Made by a program: the position numbers and the translations under genes. A DNA stretch of 51,945 nt, taken from assembly GCA_043228905.1 (NCBI GenBank), contig JBHGNT010000214.1:1-51945 (forward strand). Direction: 5' to 3'. Origin of the DNA: Azolla caroliniana (taxonomy: Eukaryota; Plantae; Polypodiophyta). Shown piece after piece: positions 24,857-37,701 of the stretch. How positions within the stretch are numbered: the first letter of the stretch is position 1; each line of letters begins with the position of its first letter. The notes under the pieces were generated by a model. The model did no database searches. It saw only the letters and a program-made list of their open reading frames with translations, and was not told the origin of the DNA.

Positions 24857-27287
24857 TCATGACACTATCCCCCTTCTTCGACGACACGTCTCACGGGTCG
24901 TAGGGTTTGTATTAGGACCTGGTTTACAAGGATATTGGCGATGAAATGCATTGACGAGTTCTGCAGCATTGGAAAGATTTGTGGCAGGTTCCCAAGTTCG
25001 ATCATTGGGGGTATAGCCTAGCCAATCGACCAAGTAATACAACTTGTTGCGCACGATTTTAGAATCGAGAACGGCAGCAACTTCAAATTCAGGCCCGTCC
25101 AAGAACTCGACAGGTGGTGGGGGTGTCGTAAGACGGCCCGGAATTGAACTTGTAGTATAAGGTTCCAAAAGGGATACATGAAACACCGGATGAAGATGCA
25201 TGTGCGGAGGGAGGTCAATACGAAATGCAACATCACTTATCTTACCAGTGATCATGTAAGGGCCAAAACGTTGGTAATCCAATTTATTGCAAGGTCGAGT
25301 GGTCTTGATGTTGTGTTGGAGAAGCCATACATGATCCCCAATGCGGAACTTTTTTGAGGAGTCTAGACGATGACGATCGGCAAGCCTCTTGTGTGTAAAT
25401 TGAGCATCGTGCAAATTGTGGAGAATGTTAGCTTGAATTTCTTGGAGGCGACTAAGACGATCCTCGGCAGCAGGGTTGGTAGGAACTTCTGGATGCGCAT
25501 TCATCGTCCATCGAGGATGACAGCCCGTATTTGCGAAAAATGGGGAATATCCTGTAGAAGAATGGGCTGAGTTGTTGTAAGCGAATTCCGCCAAGTGCAA
25601 AAATGCAACCCAATCATCTTGTTGATAGTTGATGAAACAACGAAGATATTGTTCCAATGTCTGGTTGGTACGCTCTGTTTGACCATTTGTTTCAGGATGA
25701 TAGCCCGAAGAAAGCTTAACTGAAATGTGGAGAAGTTTGAACAGGTGCTTCCAAAACTTTGAGATGAATTGTGGACCACGATCACTAATAATATCATCTG
25801 GCAGACCATGATGCTTAAATACCTCCCGCATAACGAGATCAGCCGTCTCTTGACTAGTAATTGACTTTGTACATGGCAAGAAATGTGCCATTTTGGTAAA
25901 TCGATCAACTACTGTGAGAATTGCATCAAAACCTTTTGAAACTGGGAGATCAGTAATGAAGTCCAAGGATATAGACTTCCAAGGTGTTTCCGGAATGGGA
26001 AGTGGTTGTAGTAAGCCATAGGGTCGGTGACGAGGATTCTTTGATCGACAACATATATCACAACTCCGAACATACTCCTCAACAAAATGACGAAGGCGAG
26101 GCCACCAATAGCGTCGAGAAATTAATTCTAGAGTCTTGTGAACTCCAAAATGACCAGCCATTGGTGAGTCATGGCAATGTTGCAAAACTTGTAGCCGTGG
26201 GGGACCATCAGGAACATACAATAAATTTTGTCGAAATAGAAAACCATCATGCCAATAGAACTGACAATAGTCATTACGAGGATTTTTCGACTGTGAGCAA
26301 GAAGCACGATCCGGGACGATATGATCCAAAACATCCTTGGCGAAATCATCAGTGGCCATATGATCTCGAATGGAATCAAGAAGAGTGGAATTTTCAAGAG
26401 CTGTTATGGCATTAACTACCATTAATCGTAATCGATTAGGACCCAAAAGGATTTGTTTTTGATGCTCAAAAGCAGGTTCCCCTGGACGAAGTTCCATATA
26501 AGAGCGCCGAGAAAGAGCATCTGCTTTGCCTTGCTGCATCCCAGGGCGATATATGATGATAAAGTCGAAGTGAGTCAAAAATTGCGCCCACCGGGCTTGT
26601 CGCCGACTCAAGACTCGAGCATTTTGGAAATAAGTCAGGTTCTTATGATCATTGTAGACAATGATCTGCTGAGAAGAACCTTCTAGGAAATGTCGCCATT
26701 GTTGAAACGAATCCACGATTGCAAGAAGCTCTTTGTCATGGATCTCGTAGTTGATCTCTGCAGCTTCAAACTTTCGTGAATGAAAGGCGACAGGGTGTAG
26801 TTGTCCATCATCTCCAGTCTGCGAGAGGACACTCCCTAGTGCAAAATCGGATGCATCGGCTTCGAGGATGAAGCGTTTTGTTGGGTCGACATGTGCTAAG
26901 ATAGGTGCCGTTGTAAATGCTCGTTTTAAGCTTTCGAATGCCTCGGATGCATCTGAACTCCATATAAATGGTTGATCTTTATGTGTGAGCTGAGTAAGCG
27001 GAAGCACAACCTTGGAATAATCTTTAATAAATTTCCGATAAAAATTTGCAAACCCGAGAAAACATTGCACATCACGCACTGAAAGGGGCGTTTGCCACTC
27101 TAAAATTGCCTGTACCTTCATGGGGTCCATAGCAATACCATTTGACGATACAACATACCCCAAAAATTCCACTTGATTCTGGCCGAAACTACACTTTTCT
27201 AGTTTTGCGTAGAGACCATATTCTCGGAGTCGGCATAGTACTTGACGAACATGTGCATCATGCTCCTCTTGGGTCTTTGAGTAGATG
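24857..27287 (-). pseudogene. pol: Gypsy-2 truncated Pol (RT C-terminus, RNase H, integrase, chromodomain)
   Basis: The frame starts at IYSKTQEEH, just after the missing YxDD. It contains EADAS, SLDF/SDRG/TER, GPY, and chromodomain FEVAAVLDSK...YLVDWLGY...TWEP. Confidence 0.93.
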
Positions 27288-27410
27288 TGGTAAGCTCGAC
27301 TTGTGCTGAAAAAACTCGACTCACTTGATTTGATGAAATGGAACCACGACTAGGAACTAACTCTACATAGCTAGGATGGTCCAGCCAAATGGCTCCTATT
27401 TTGGCCGAAC

Positions 27411-28535
27411 TTACTCGTTTAACACATCCTCTAATTGACTCAAGACATCGAATCTATTCTCATGACATGGACTATGAGGCTTATTTATGTTATTAGAAGT
27501 AACAATAGAACTCGATGTAGGGTTTTCATGGGCACTTACTTGGTATACTTGACGCCTAGGTTTATGTGGACAATTTACAGCTATATGTCCTGGACCACCA
27601 CAATATAGGCAGAGGCGATGCGCTCGACGTCGTTGCTTCTCAGCATCTGATAACGGCCCACGACGTTGTGTTGACTCTATTTCCATCGGAGTTGGGCCAT
27701 CCCTTGTAATGGGTCTAGAAACTTGTGGAGGCGTTGCGACTACGGAAGCGTAAGTCTGTTCAGGTTGGCGGCGTAACATTTGTTGGCGCTCAGAACGTCG
27801 CTCAAATAGGCGATTATCACATCGCACAGCTCGACTAATGGCTTCTGTAAGTGACTTCGGATCTTCAGGGAAAGTAAGAAGAAGATCTTTGACATCATTT
27901 CTCAAACCTTGACGGAATTGATCCATTAAAGCTGCCTCATCCCAAGGGATATCGCATGCCAAGAGACGGAAATCGGCTGCATAAGATGACGCGGGACGAT
28001 CTCCTTGTCGGAGCCTTCGAATCTTGTTTATCGCTGTCCTAGTGCTGTCGGTGTCTCCGAAACTAGCTTGAAACTCTTTAACAAAGGCCTCGAAATCCTC
28101 CAACAATGGTGATTTCTTCTCGAGAAGTGGTGCGAACCATGCTAACGCCGTACCGCATAGCAAAGTTCCCACTAATCCCACACGAGCAGCATCAGTTGGA
28201 TACCGATTGGGATGTAGCTGAATAACTAAACGAACTTGATTCAAAAAGCCTCGAAATAAAGACCTCGTACCATCAAACTTGGCAGGGAGGCTGATCTTTG
28301 GCTCTCTAGGGGAGTTCTGAGCCCCCGACGCTTGCTCTCGTAATGACAATATAGTCGCCTCAAGTTGATGAACCCGCTGTGATAACTCTTCATATTGTTG
28401 AGCTTTTTCGGCGCTCACGTGTTGTAGATCTCCAAGTAGCCTTTGATTCTCATGCTCTAATGCCACAAATTTATTCGTGAGCATGTCGAGCTCAGAAAGA
28501 ACACGCATGTATTCTTGTTTGCTCACGGACTCCAT
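27411..28535 (-). CDS. gag: Gypsy-2 Gag
   Basis: 374-aa intact ORF with an N-terminal coiled-coil-like segment, LPAKFDG capsid motif, PTPMEI, and zinc knuckle CLYCGGPGHIAVNC. Confidence 0.93.
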   Translation of the reverse strand: MESVSKQEYMRVLSELDMLTNKFVALEHENQRLLGDLQHVSAEKAQQYEELSQRVHQLEATILSLREQASGAQNSPREPKISLPAKFDGTRSLFRGFLNQVRLVIQLHPNRYPTDAARVGLVGTLLCGTALAWFAPLLEKKSPLLEDFEAFVKEFQASFGDTDSTRTAINKIRRLRQGDRPASSYAADFRLLACDIPWDEAALMDQFRQGLRNDVKDLLLTFPEDPKSLTEAISRAVRCDNRLFERRSERQQMLRRQPEQTYASVVATPPQVSRPITRDGPTPMEIESTQRRGPLSDAEKQRRRAHRLCLYCGGPGHIAVNCPHKPRRQVYQVSAHENPTSSSIVTSNNINKPHSPCHENRFDVLSQLEDVLNE

Positions 28536-28610
28536 AGCTTATGAGGGGAGAGGAGAAGGAAGAAGAGAACTTGTTAGGGTTTGTGGAAGACGAAGAGATG
28601 AAAGGAAGGT

Positions 28611-28621
28611 AATTGGTTCAA
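28611..28621 (-). promoter_or_regulatory. Self-priming PBS of Gypsy-2
   Basis: Minus-strand TTGAACCAATT, 2 nt inside the 5' LTR boundary, is exactly complementary to LTR sequence AATTGGTTCAA (28746-28736), which lies 26 nt after the TATA box (28780-28773). Confidence 0.85.
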
Positions 28622-29094
28622 ACTGTCAAGACTGAGAGAGAGAAAGAGAGAGAAAAAGAGATAGAGAGATAATTGAAAGAGAATTATTATATTGAAGCGT
28701 AAAATGGATTACAAAGAGTAGGCTACAAAATGGCGTTGAACCAATTTAGGTTTGGGATGGGTGGTAGATCCCTATTTATAAGTAATAGAGAACTCTCTAG
28801 AATATTCTAGGTTATCCTAGAATGTAGAGTAATCTAGAAGATCTCTAGAGTATTCTAGAAGGTTCTAGTGGTATAGAACACTCTAGAATATTCTAGGTCA
28901 TTCTAGAATGTAGAGTAATATAGAATATTCCTATGATATTAGATTTCATATTCTAGAGACTATACATATAAGAATATTAATACAATGGTTAAGGATTTGA
29001 CATGTGTACAACAAGGTCGTGGGTTCAAATCCTTTCGAGTCATAATGTGAGTGTCATGATCCTTTCGATGCATGATGTGACTGTTATCATGACA

Positions 29095-30100
29095 CGTACC
29101 ACACCTCGTCCGATCTTGGGGTGGTCTGTTTCATTGAGTTTGCTTCGTGTCTCGTCACGAAGGTAGACCCTTCTCCGGCTCTCCCGGAGTCTTCGGCGTA
29201 GTGCGATCGCTGCCGATTTCCCTTGTCGGGATGTCCGGAGCCGTTTCCGGAACCGGTTCTCTCCGAATCGGCACGCTTCTTCCAGCACTCACTTTCCCTG
29301 TGGCCTTTCTTGCCACAGTACCAGCACTCCGCGATGGCCTTCCCTTGCCGGTTCTCATCGCTTCGACTCCCTCTGTTTCCGGAGGGTCCGGAGTTGTTGT
29401 CAGCATCACTTCGGTGCCTTTTTCCTTGATCTCGTCGGCCGCCTCCATTGTGCGCCGACTCGCCTCGTCCTCCACGTCCACGGGGCCTATCTCCCTCCGT
29501 GTACAGCATTCTGCTGTCGGTGTGCGTGCTTGTAGACGCACCCGCGTGGTTCTCCTCTACCAGGAGCATTGACTGTAAGTTGAAAAAGGACGGCGTATTC
29601 TCCCGGGTACACACAGCCGTTCGGAATGCTCCGAACTTAGACGCCAAACCTCCGAGACAGATCTGGACCATCTCGCTCTCCTCGATGTTCACCTCTATGG
29701 AGGCGAGGGAGTCGCAGATATCCTTGATCTTCGAGGTATAGTCCGCCACCGACAAGTCGCGTTGTCGTAGATTTCTCAACTCCTGTCGGAGCTGAAGCTT
29801 CCTGGCTGTGGTGCTCGTGGCGAAAATCTTCTTCAGATTTTCCCACGCACCCTTCGACGTCTTTGCATCCCGAACATAGCTCAATAGTTGTTCGCCCACA
29901 CACGACGCGAAGCAGTATAATACCCTGCTCGCCGATAGCTCCCACGACGGGAAGTCTTTGTGTGTCGATTCGGGTGCTGCGTCATTAGCTCCTTCGACAT
30001 AACTCTAGTAGCCATGCCTGAGCAGGTACTGGTGCACCTTGTAGGACCAAGATGCGTAGTTGGTTCTGTCGAGCTTCTCTGTTGGAAGCGAGCTCGCCAT
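29095..30100 (-). pseudogene. gag: Copia-C gag
   Basis: MASSLPTEKLDRTNYASWSY... with an early TAG; zinc knuckle CWYCGKKGHRESEC; cut at WYV by Gypsy-2. Confidence 0.9.
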
Positions 30101-33100
30101 GCCTCTATCCATCGTTCTTCTTGTTCTTCTTCGTCAAGCTGTGTCGACTGCAGAGAGGTTCTCAACCCTCACGCTCTGATACCATGTAAAAAGTAGCGTG
30201 CGGAAGCAAGTATGAAGACCGAACAGAAGGAAGAAAACTCAGGTTTAATGGAGAGCTTGAGCTTACGCAGTATATGCGGGAGAGACAGAGACAGAGAGAG
30301 TGAGAGAGAGAAAACACAAGAACTATTTCAAAAAGGTACTCAATCTCTATTCACTACTCTATACATATGTGTGTTCAATGAACACTTTTATACAAGTCCT
30401 AAAAGGACTGACAGAAGTACTGACAGTACTTCAATGCTCATTAAGAGCTCCAACACTAACTCCCAAATATATTCCTCACGGAATATCTTTCCTAACGGCC
30501 TCCCAGTTTACACATTCGGCCTAACCAATCGGTCCCAACCAATCCGGTCCTCGGCTTCTTCAGCCGATCCGGCTGATGTTGAGCTTGTCTCTCAACAGAA
30601 GAAATATTGTATGGTTTAAATCCTAAAAACCATATAATGTACTACATGTGCACCATATATTGTATCACATGGGCGAGAGAAGACTTGAACCACCAACCTC
30701 CACATTATGAACCTCAAAGCCTAACATTTAGCCAATACTCATTATATGCATAAAAAAAACAAAAATGTGTTATTTTATTTGACGTAGCATTGTATAGTCT
30801 AAACCATGTAATACATGTGCACCATATAGCACACATGCAAGACCACTCTTTGCATGTGTGACATATGGCCCACATGCAAAACCATCCCCTTCCTATAAAA
30901 GGAGAAGGGAGTGTAGTCACAAGGATATCAAGGAATCAATCAATAATATTGAATAGAATTATTGTATGGAATTGATCGAAATTATATTGTACGAGATATC
31001 ATAATAAAGAAAGAGGGAGAGAAGGTAAAAGCTATATATACAATCCTCAAAAGAGACGAGAAGAACTAGCTTGGCGGCGGCGGTGCTCAACTCACAACGA
31101 AAAGGCGGAGGTTCGAGTCTTATCCTCATCGAAAGATAGAAGGGAAGATAATGGTCTACTATCAAGAAAGAGAAGAGTGACTACCTTGTGAGACAAAGTT
31201 TGACGGTTCAACGATGCTCGCAACCATTTTGTAACTCTTTCATGAAATAATTATAAATTTCTTACATTCCCTCAATTATCATTTTACATCCTATCTTGTC
31301 ATATCTTGTTGATCGCTATTGATCTATTCCACTCTTTCGTCTCTTCCGTCCAAAATCCCAACGATTCCTTCCTCACTTTCATGTTGTCTTCTGTCTACGC
31401 AATGTTACGCTTCTAGGCGAGCCCCACCACGACACTATTTGGTGAACCCGACGTGAAATGGGGAAGTAGAAGAGACATCTAAAGTAAAGATCAACATCAA
31501 CATGGCAAGTACAAGCACAATGGATCCGGTAAGGTTGTTTATTGAAAAGTTGAACCAAGATAAATTATTTCATGCCTTACGAGAAGTCCGTGAGAAGATT
31601 GGTGTGTTTGATGGCACAAATATTTCAAAGTATGTGAATATATATTATGATCAAATGGAAATGTCTGGTGTGAATGATGTCAATATGATAGCAAAATTTT
31701 ATAAATTAGTGGACATGGAATTAAGAGATAGAATTCATGAAATACAAACATTGCATAGTTTGGATTGAAATGCATTCAAAGAAGCACTTGTGTCTGAATA
31801 CTCGTGTGAAGATTTCTCTCGCATTACTATGCGTTCATTCCATGAATAGGTCCTAAAAGAAAATAAAGGATTATCTGTGGCTGACACGAGAAAAGAGTTT
31901 GATAGATTGTATGGACACTTAAAGCTAGAAGAAAGAAATTCTTTGTCTTGGCAAAAGGTTGCTTTATTTTTGCAGGCAGTTGACAAGAGATATAGAAAAT
32001 AATTGGAATTTATGCTTGAAGTACCAAATACCGAGGATGGTATAACTGCATATTGGAATGAGGTAACAAATGCTTGTAATAAATTTATGAAAAGAATGCA
32101 AAGCAATGGTGCAATGCTACAAATACCACATGTGGGAATCACAAATCGGCTTGAGCAAAACATCGAAGTTCAAAGACTTGGTCGAGAACCATCACATGAA
32201 ATGGTCGATCAACCACGAGAAATGACCGAAACTAAGAGTGAGTCTTTGCTTGATGATTTAGTTCAAAGTATTAAAGATCTAACAATTAAAGTGGCAAAGC
32301 TTGAGAATGGTCCGACTTCGAGGTCAAGGGAACCATTTCGACCTCGATGTATGTGGTGTGATAGTCTCGAACATCGACTACGTGATTGTGAAGAATATAA
32401 AGACATGGAAAATCGAGACTTGGTCTATTGGAAAAATGGTAACATTTACTTAACTGAAACTAGAAGTCCACTTACAAAGAACTTTGGTGATGGTGGTGTT
32501 AAGGTTAAGTTTGAAGAAGCTAAAGCAAAAAAGGCTTCTGCAATGTACTACTCGGCAACGACAGGAATGCGTCTTGATGATACACCATACCGATCATCAT
32601 TTTGGGAGAAGGTTGTAAGTTCCACACAAAAGCAAAAGTTGAAGATGGAAGACCTTCGTGTTGCCGGAGATGCTGTAAGAAAAAACACTAGATGGGATGT
32701 TCCAGTAGATGCTATGACAGTCTATGCTCAGATGGCAGAACACCAAGAGCATGAGGTGATAGTGGAAGAAAAAAGGAAAAGGCCAGATGATGAGATTGGC
32801 TCAACAAAAAAGCATGAGAGAAGAGAAAGCAAAAGAAAAGAGATGGACACAAAAATCGAAAAAGGTAAATCTAGTACTTCATTCAAATTAATGTCTGATG
32901 TTGAAAATGATATAGATTTAAAGAAAATTTTAGAAACAAGAATACTAGACAGTCGAGTAGAATTTACACTAAGAGAAGTGTTAGGTATTGCGAAAAAGGA
33001 ATTTCATGATGAAATAATTGATATTGTGCGAAGAAAGAAGCAAGTAAATGAGCAGGTTAAAGAGACAAATCCGAAGGTGGCATATGAAGTGGTGATCAAC

Positions 33101-34843
33101 GAGTCGAACAATATCCTTGTTGACTCTCAACATGCATCAACCTCAATGATAAGTTCAACAGATGCAAGAAGCCACTACTCCCGCAAATGTTGGGCAAGAG
33201 CCACTACTGAGCATCATGTGAAGATTGGAAATGTTCCAGACACGGTTATGGCCCTTATTGATCATGGTTCTGAAATAAATATAATGAGTGTTGATTTTTA
33301 CAAGAAAGGTAGATGGCCAATTGATACTCAACATGGTTGGCGCGTAAAAGCGGCCACATCAGTCATCGAAGATTTATTTGGTGCATGCCCAAATGTAAAG
33401 GTTACTATTGGTGATATAGAGGTAGATCAACATTTCTTTGTGCAGGAAGGATCTACCTATCTGATAATCTTGGGGCAACCATACATCACAACGGTACGGA
33501 TGGAGACCAAAGTCCTTGACAATGGTTTTGCCTATGCGAAGATTCGAAGCCAAGATGGATGAAGAACTGTACAATTTATGACAGTTCGCCCAAATCATGA
33601 GAGGAACAAGCAAGATCTTCGTGATCATTCGATACCAAAAGAATGTGATGATTTTGATAATCAAGGTTTTGACTAGGACTGTTGCAAATGAGGGTTTCAA
33701 TAGTCCCATTATTAAAGGACCCTCACATAGGGCATTACAACATATGAATAAGTCATTTCATGTTTCTAAAAGTGGTGCTATATGTGTGACTAGGATGTAT
33801 GAATGCAAAAGGAACTTGAAAAAGAATGCTAATTCGTTTCAACAGGCATTGAAGGATAATGGAGTACTTGAAATGGAAGAGCACATCGAAAGTGTTCTGG
33901 AAGAAATTTCTTTTGCAAATACTATAGAAGAGTTAGAAATGTATTTGAAAGAAGATGATGAGAGTGTTAGGAAGATACATGTACTCAATTGATATGTATT
34001 ATGAGATTGATAGGTATAATTGTAAATATGAAGAAGTAGAAAGTTTATGTAATACAAAATACAAAACAATAGATAAAAAGGTCAAACCTGCTACAATACC
34101 ATTACCTATTGGTAGTGAAGAGAAGATGGAGGCAACAACAACCGAGCCTATGCTTCGACCAATAGAGAAGATCAGAAGTCACTTCACTTCGGAGACAATA
34201 AATAGCTTGAGAATCGGAGGGGCTGAATTTCTTCTGCAATTAGAGATCACGACTTTCAAAAAAAGGATCTTTAGGCATGAGAAAGCGTTCACATTCAAAG
34301 CTGAGGAGATTGGTTGTGTAGATCCAAAGGTGGTGACACCAATAGTAATATTTATTATCCCTCATATTCCTTGGAATTTTAAACCTATTGCAGTACCGAG
34401 AGCTCGATTACCTCAATTGTTGGAGCTACTGAAGGATAAAATCAAGATGAAGATTTTAGAGCCTTCAAATGCACCATACTCCAATAGATGGTTCATAGTT
34501 CCAAAGAAAGACGGTTCTCTAAGATTCATTCAAGATCTACAACCAATCAACAAAGTCACAATCCGAAATGCAGGAATCGAACCAATCGTTGATGAATTTG
34601 CGGAAGCTTTTGCTGGGAGAGCAATTTACTCTATGGGAGACCTATATTCGAGATACGACCAATTTCAGCTAGCAATTGATAGTTGCAATATTACAACAAT
34701 GAAAACACCAATTGGATTGGTTCGAATGTGCACTCTACCTCAAGGTGCGACAAATTCAATTGCTCATATGATGAATGCAATGAACAAAGTTCTACATGAG
34801 TACATCCCAAAGGTAACTATGCCATTTTTAGATGATATTCCTA

Positions 34844-37701
34844 TAATTGCGTCGCGTTTGCAAGTGAAAAAGTTGAAAATTTTCACCATTTGGTAAAATT
34901 GAAAAATGCCAAATTTTGGTCAAATATAAAAGGTAACTTTGTGTATTTTTAAAGAAAAATGAAAACTAATAAGTTTTTAGATCTTAAAGAAATCAAAAGT
35001 AGAGGATTTCAAAACAATGAACGTTTTTATTTCATTCGATAAAATGTTGTCTAAATTTGTTACACAGTTGCACAAAAAATACATTTGGGGGTTATTTGCA
35101 TAAATATCATCATTCTTTTCATGAGAATCACTCCTATAGATAATATACAACTTTGACTCTTCCTCCTCATTTTCAAATGTACCAATCAAATCATTGTCTT
35201 CACCAAATGGTGTCTCCAAATTGTGTGCACTAAATCTTCTTCACCTTCAATTTGAGATATCTTCTAGACTTGGTAATATCTCTTTTATTATGTATATCGT
35301 TGTTGTCCTTAAACATCCAACTTTTGTCAGTGTAAAGTCATACACAATGATATCCACCTAACTAATGTCAATGATAGATGTATTACAAAGGTTTAATGCA
35401 TCATCACATCCAAAACTTTACCAATGCAGAATTGGTACCCTAGCTCATGGCCATCTACATGTGTAGTTATTAATATCCCCACCTTGAGTTCTTGCAAGTT
35501 TCCTTGTCACCTTAGTCATGCTCGTGTTGTCATCTTTTGTTCCACATAAATGTTTCTCTGTTGTAGATGAACCAAACTATGAAGATCAACATTAAGTGCT
35601 TGAAGTGCTCATTGAGAACCACGAGAATACTTTATAGACCATGTAAATGACATTTGCAAGGTTCAATTACCATCAACACAATTATTAATGGTTTTTTGTT
35701 AATCAATGATGCACATGTTCACCACAAGGTATCTTGTTATGCAACATACTTCTTTGGACTATCGATATGCATCTTTTTCTCTTCTAAAAACAAAGATTTT
35801 AGTACGATTCAAGTTCATGTTTTAAAAACCTCTTTTATTTGAAAAACAAGAAGATTTTTAAACATGAACTTGATACGTTGTATCGAGTTGATGTAAAAAA
35901 CAGAGTTTTGATCATAATTCCATACAATGTATTGAATTCATGTTCAAAGCTTGTTTTACCATATTTAAAAAAAATTAATAATAGTAAGTTCAGCTTGAGT
36001 TCATATAAGAAACAGATTTTTCAATACAATGTATCAAGTTCATGTTTAAAGTATTTTTTTCTTTTTTCTTTTTTTCTTTTTTTTCTTTTTTTTCAATTTT
36101 GTTTAAGGAAAAAAATAATTTTAAACATGAATTCGATACATTGTATTGACTTGTGATGAAAACTCTAGTTTTTTCATCATTCATTAAAGCTCAAAAAAAA
36201 ATTTCAAAAATAACAAACAAAAAACCAAAATAAATAGAAAAAAAAACATTTTTTTTAAAACCCAAAAGAAAAGCTTTAAACAAGTTAGATTTTCAACACG
36301 AACTCAATACAATGTATGGAGTTCGTGTAGAAAAGTCGACTTTTTGACACGAACTCGATACATTTGATCGAGTTCATGTTGAAAAGCTAACTTTTTGACA
36401 TGAACTCGATACAATGTATCGAGTTCATGTTTAAAGCTTTATTTGGGGTTTTTTTTTAAATTGCTTTTTTTTTCTATTTATTTTGTTTTTTTTTTTTTGA
36501 GCTTTAATAAATGATGAAAAAAACAGAGTTTTCATCACAAGTCGATACAATATATCGAATTCATGTTTAAATATATTTTTTTCCATAAATAAAATAGAAA
36601 AAAATCAAAAAAATCAAAAAAATAGAAACAAATAGAAAAAAATTAGAAAAATATACTTTAAACATGAACTCGATGCGTTGTATCGAATTGTGATGAAAAA
36701 TCTTGTTTTTATATGAACTCAAGCTCAACTTATTATTATTAATTTTTTTTAAATCCGATAAAAAAAACTTTGAACATGAATTCAATACACTGTATGGAAT
36801 TATGATCAAAACTCTATTTTTTACATCAACTCGATACAACATATCAAGTTCATGTTTAAAAATCTTCTTGTTTTTCAAATAAAAGAGCTTTTTTAACTAA
36901 ACTCAAATTATACTGAAATCTATGTTTTTACAAGAGAAAAAGATCCATATCGATACACCAAAGATGTATGTTGCACAACAAGATACCTTATGGTGAACAT
37001 GTGCTTCATTGATTAGCAAAAAACCATTAATAATTTTATTGATGGTAATTGAACTTTGCAAATGCCATTTACTTCACAAATTTTGTAGGGGAATTCTCAA
37101 AAGGAAGAAGAGGATAACATTGTAGATACCCTGATAACTGTGTGATATGTTCAAATTGATATATTAATGTTCACATCTAAAGTTTGACAGTTTTGACAGT
37201 TTATGAATATCATCTACATTTTAGGAGTTGTGGATTTATCAAAATTGTTTATGAATATTGTCTACGTTTCTTGAGTTGTGAATTGATGGATGTTAATGAG
37301 CAATAAATTTATAGATGATGACATTAAGGATTGCAATGTTACCACTTATACTTAAAACTTTTTCAAGTCTAACAAAAGATGTAATCTTAATCTCATCAAG
37401 ATGGTGAAACCATTAATCATAACTTGTGCCTTGAGTTAACCATTGTGATTTTCTTTAAGTTAACTACATTTCATATCTACAAACCATCAACATTTAAACA
37501 TTTAATGAAAAACTATTCAATTTTAGAAATTATCATTTTCAAACTTCTTAAATATCCAAAAATTAGCAAATTTTACATACTATTTAAAACATGTGATACT
37601 GGTGTATCAAGTTTTTGAAAATTTTCTAAAATCGCAAGATTATAAAAGGAATCTATAAATGGAATGCGCGATCTTTCCACTTGTGAACACGAACGTGTTT
37701 A
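34844..37701. mobile_element. ~2.85-kb AT-rich insertion with decayed terminal inverted repeats (probable non-autonomous DNA transposon) in Gypsy-3 RT
   Basis: RT reads ...FLDDIP|I before the insert and resumes as IKGCLE after it. Left end AATTGCGTCGCGTTTGCAAGTGAAAA resembles the revcomp of the right end, AAACACGTTCGTGTTCACAAGTGGAAA. TSD is ambiguous (TA/TAT). Confidence 0.65.
35643..37072. repeat. 1.43-kb foldback (inverted repeat with ~650-bp arms)
   Basis: GTAAATGACATTTGCAAGGTTCAATTACCATC... is mirrored at 37072 leftwards. Near-identical peptides on opposite strands in the ORF track (35839+ vs 36878-). Recurrent GAACTCGATAC/GTATCGAGTTC motifs. Confidence 0.92.

Larger units (their letters stand above)
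24394..29094 (-). mobile_element. Gypsy-2: very young, internally deleted Tcn1/Tf1-type chromovirus
   Basis: 471-bp LTRs at 24394-24864 and 28624-29094, identical by eye. Perfect TSD CGTAC (24389-24393 / 29095-29099). PPT revcomp 24865-24879. No tRNA PBS. Confidence 0.96.
20276..30597 (-). mobile_element. Copia-C: full-length Ty1/Copia element related to Copia-B
   Basis: 413-bp LTRs at 20276-20688 and 30185-30597 (about 10 mismatches by eye). PBS revcomp 30173-30184; PPT revcomp at 20689; TSD GAAGT/GAAGA. Confidence 0.95.

Noticed and set aside
35839-36878. Two similar ~105-aa ORFs on opposite strands
   Set aside because: They are mirror translations of the AT-rich foldback arms, low complexity, with non-ATG starts.
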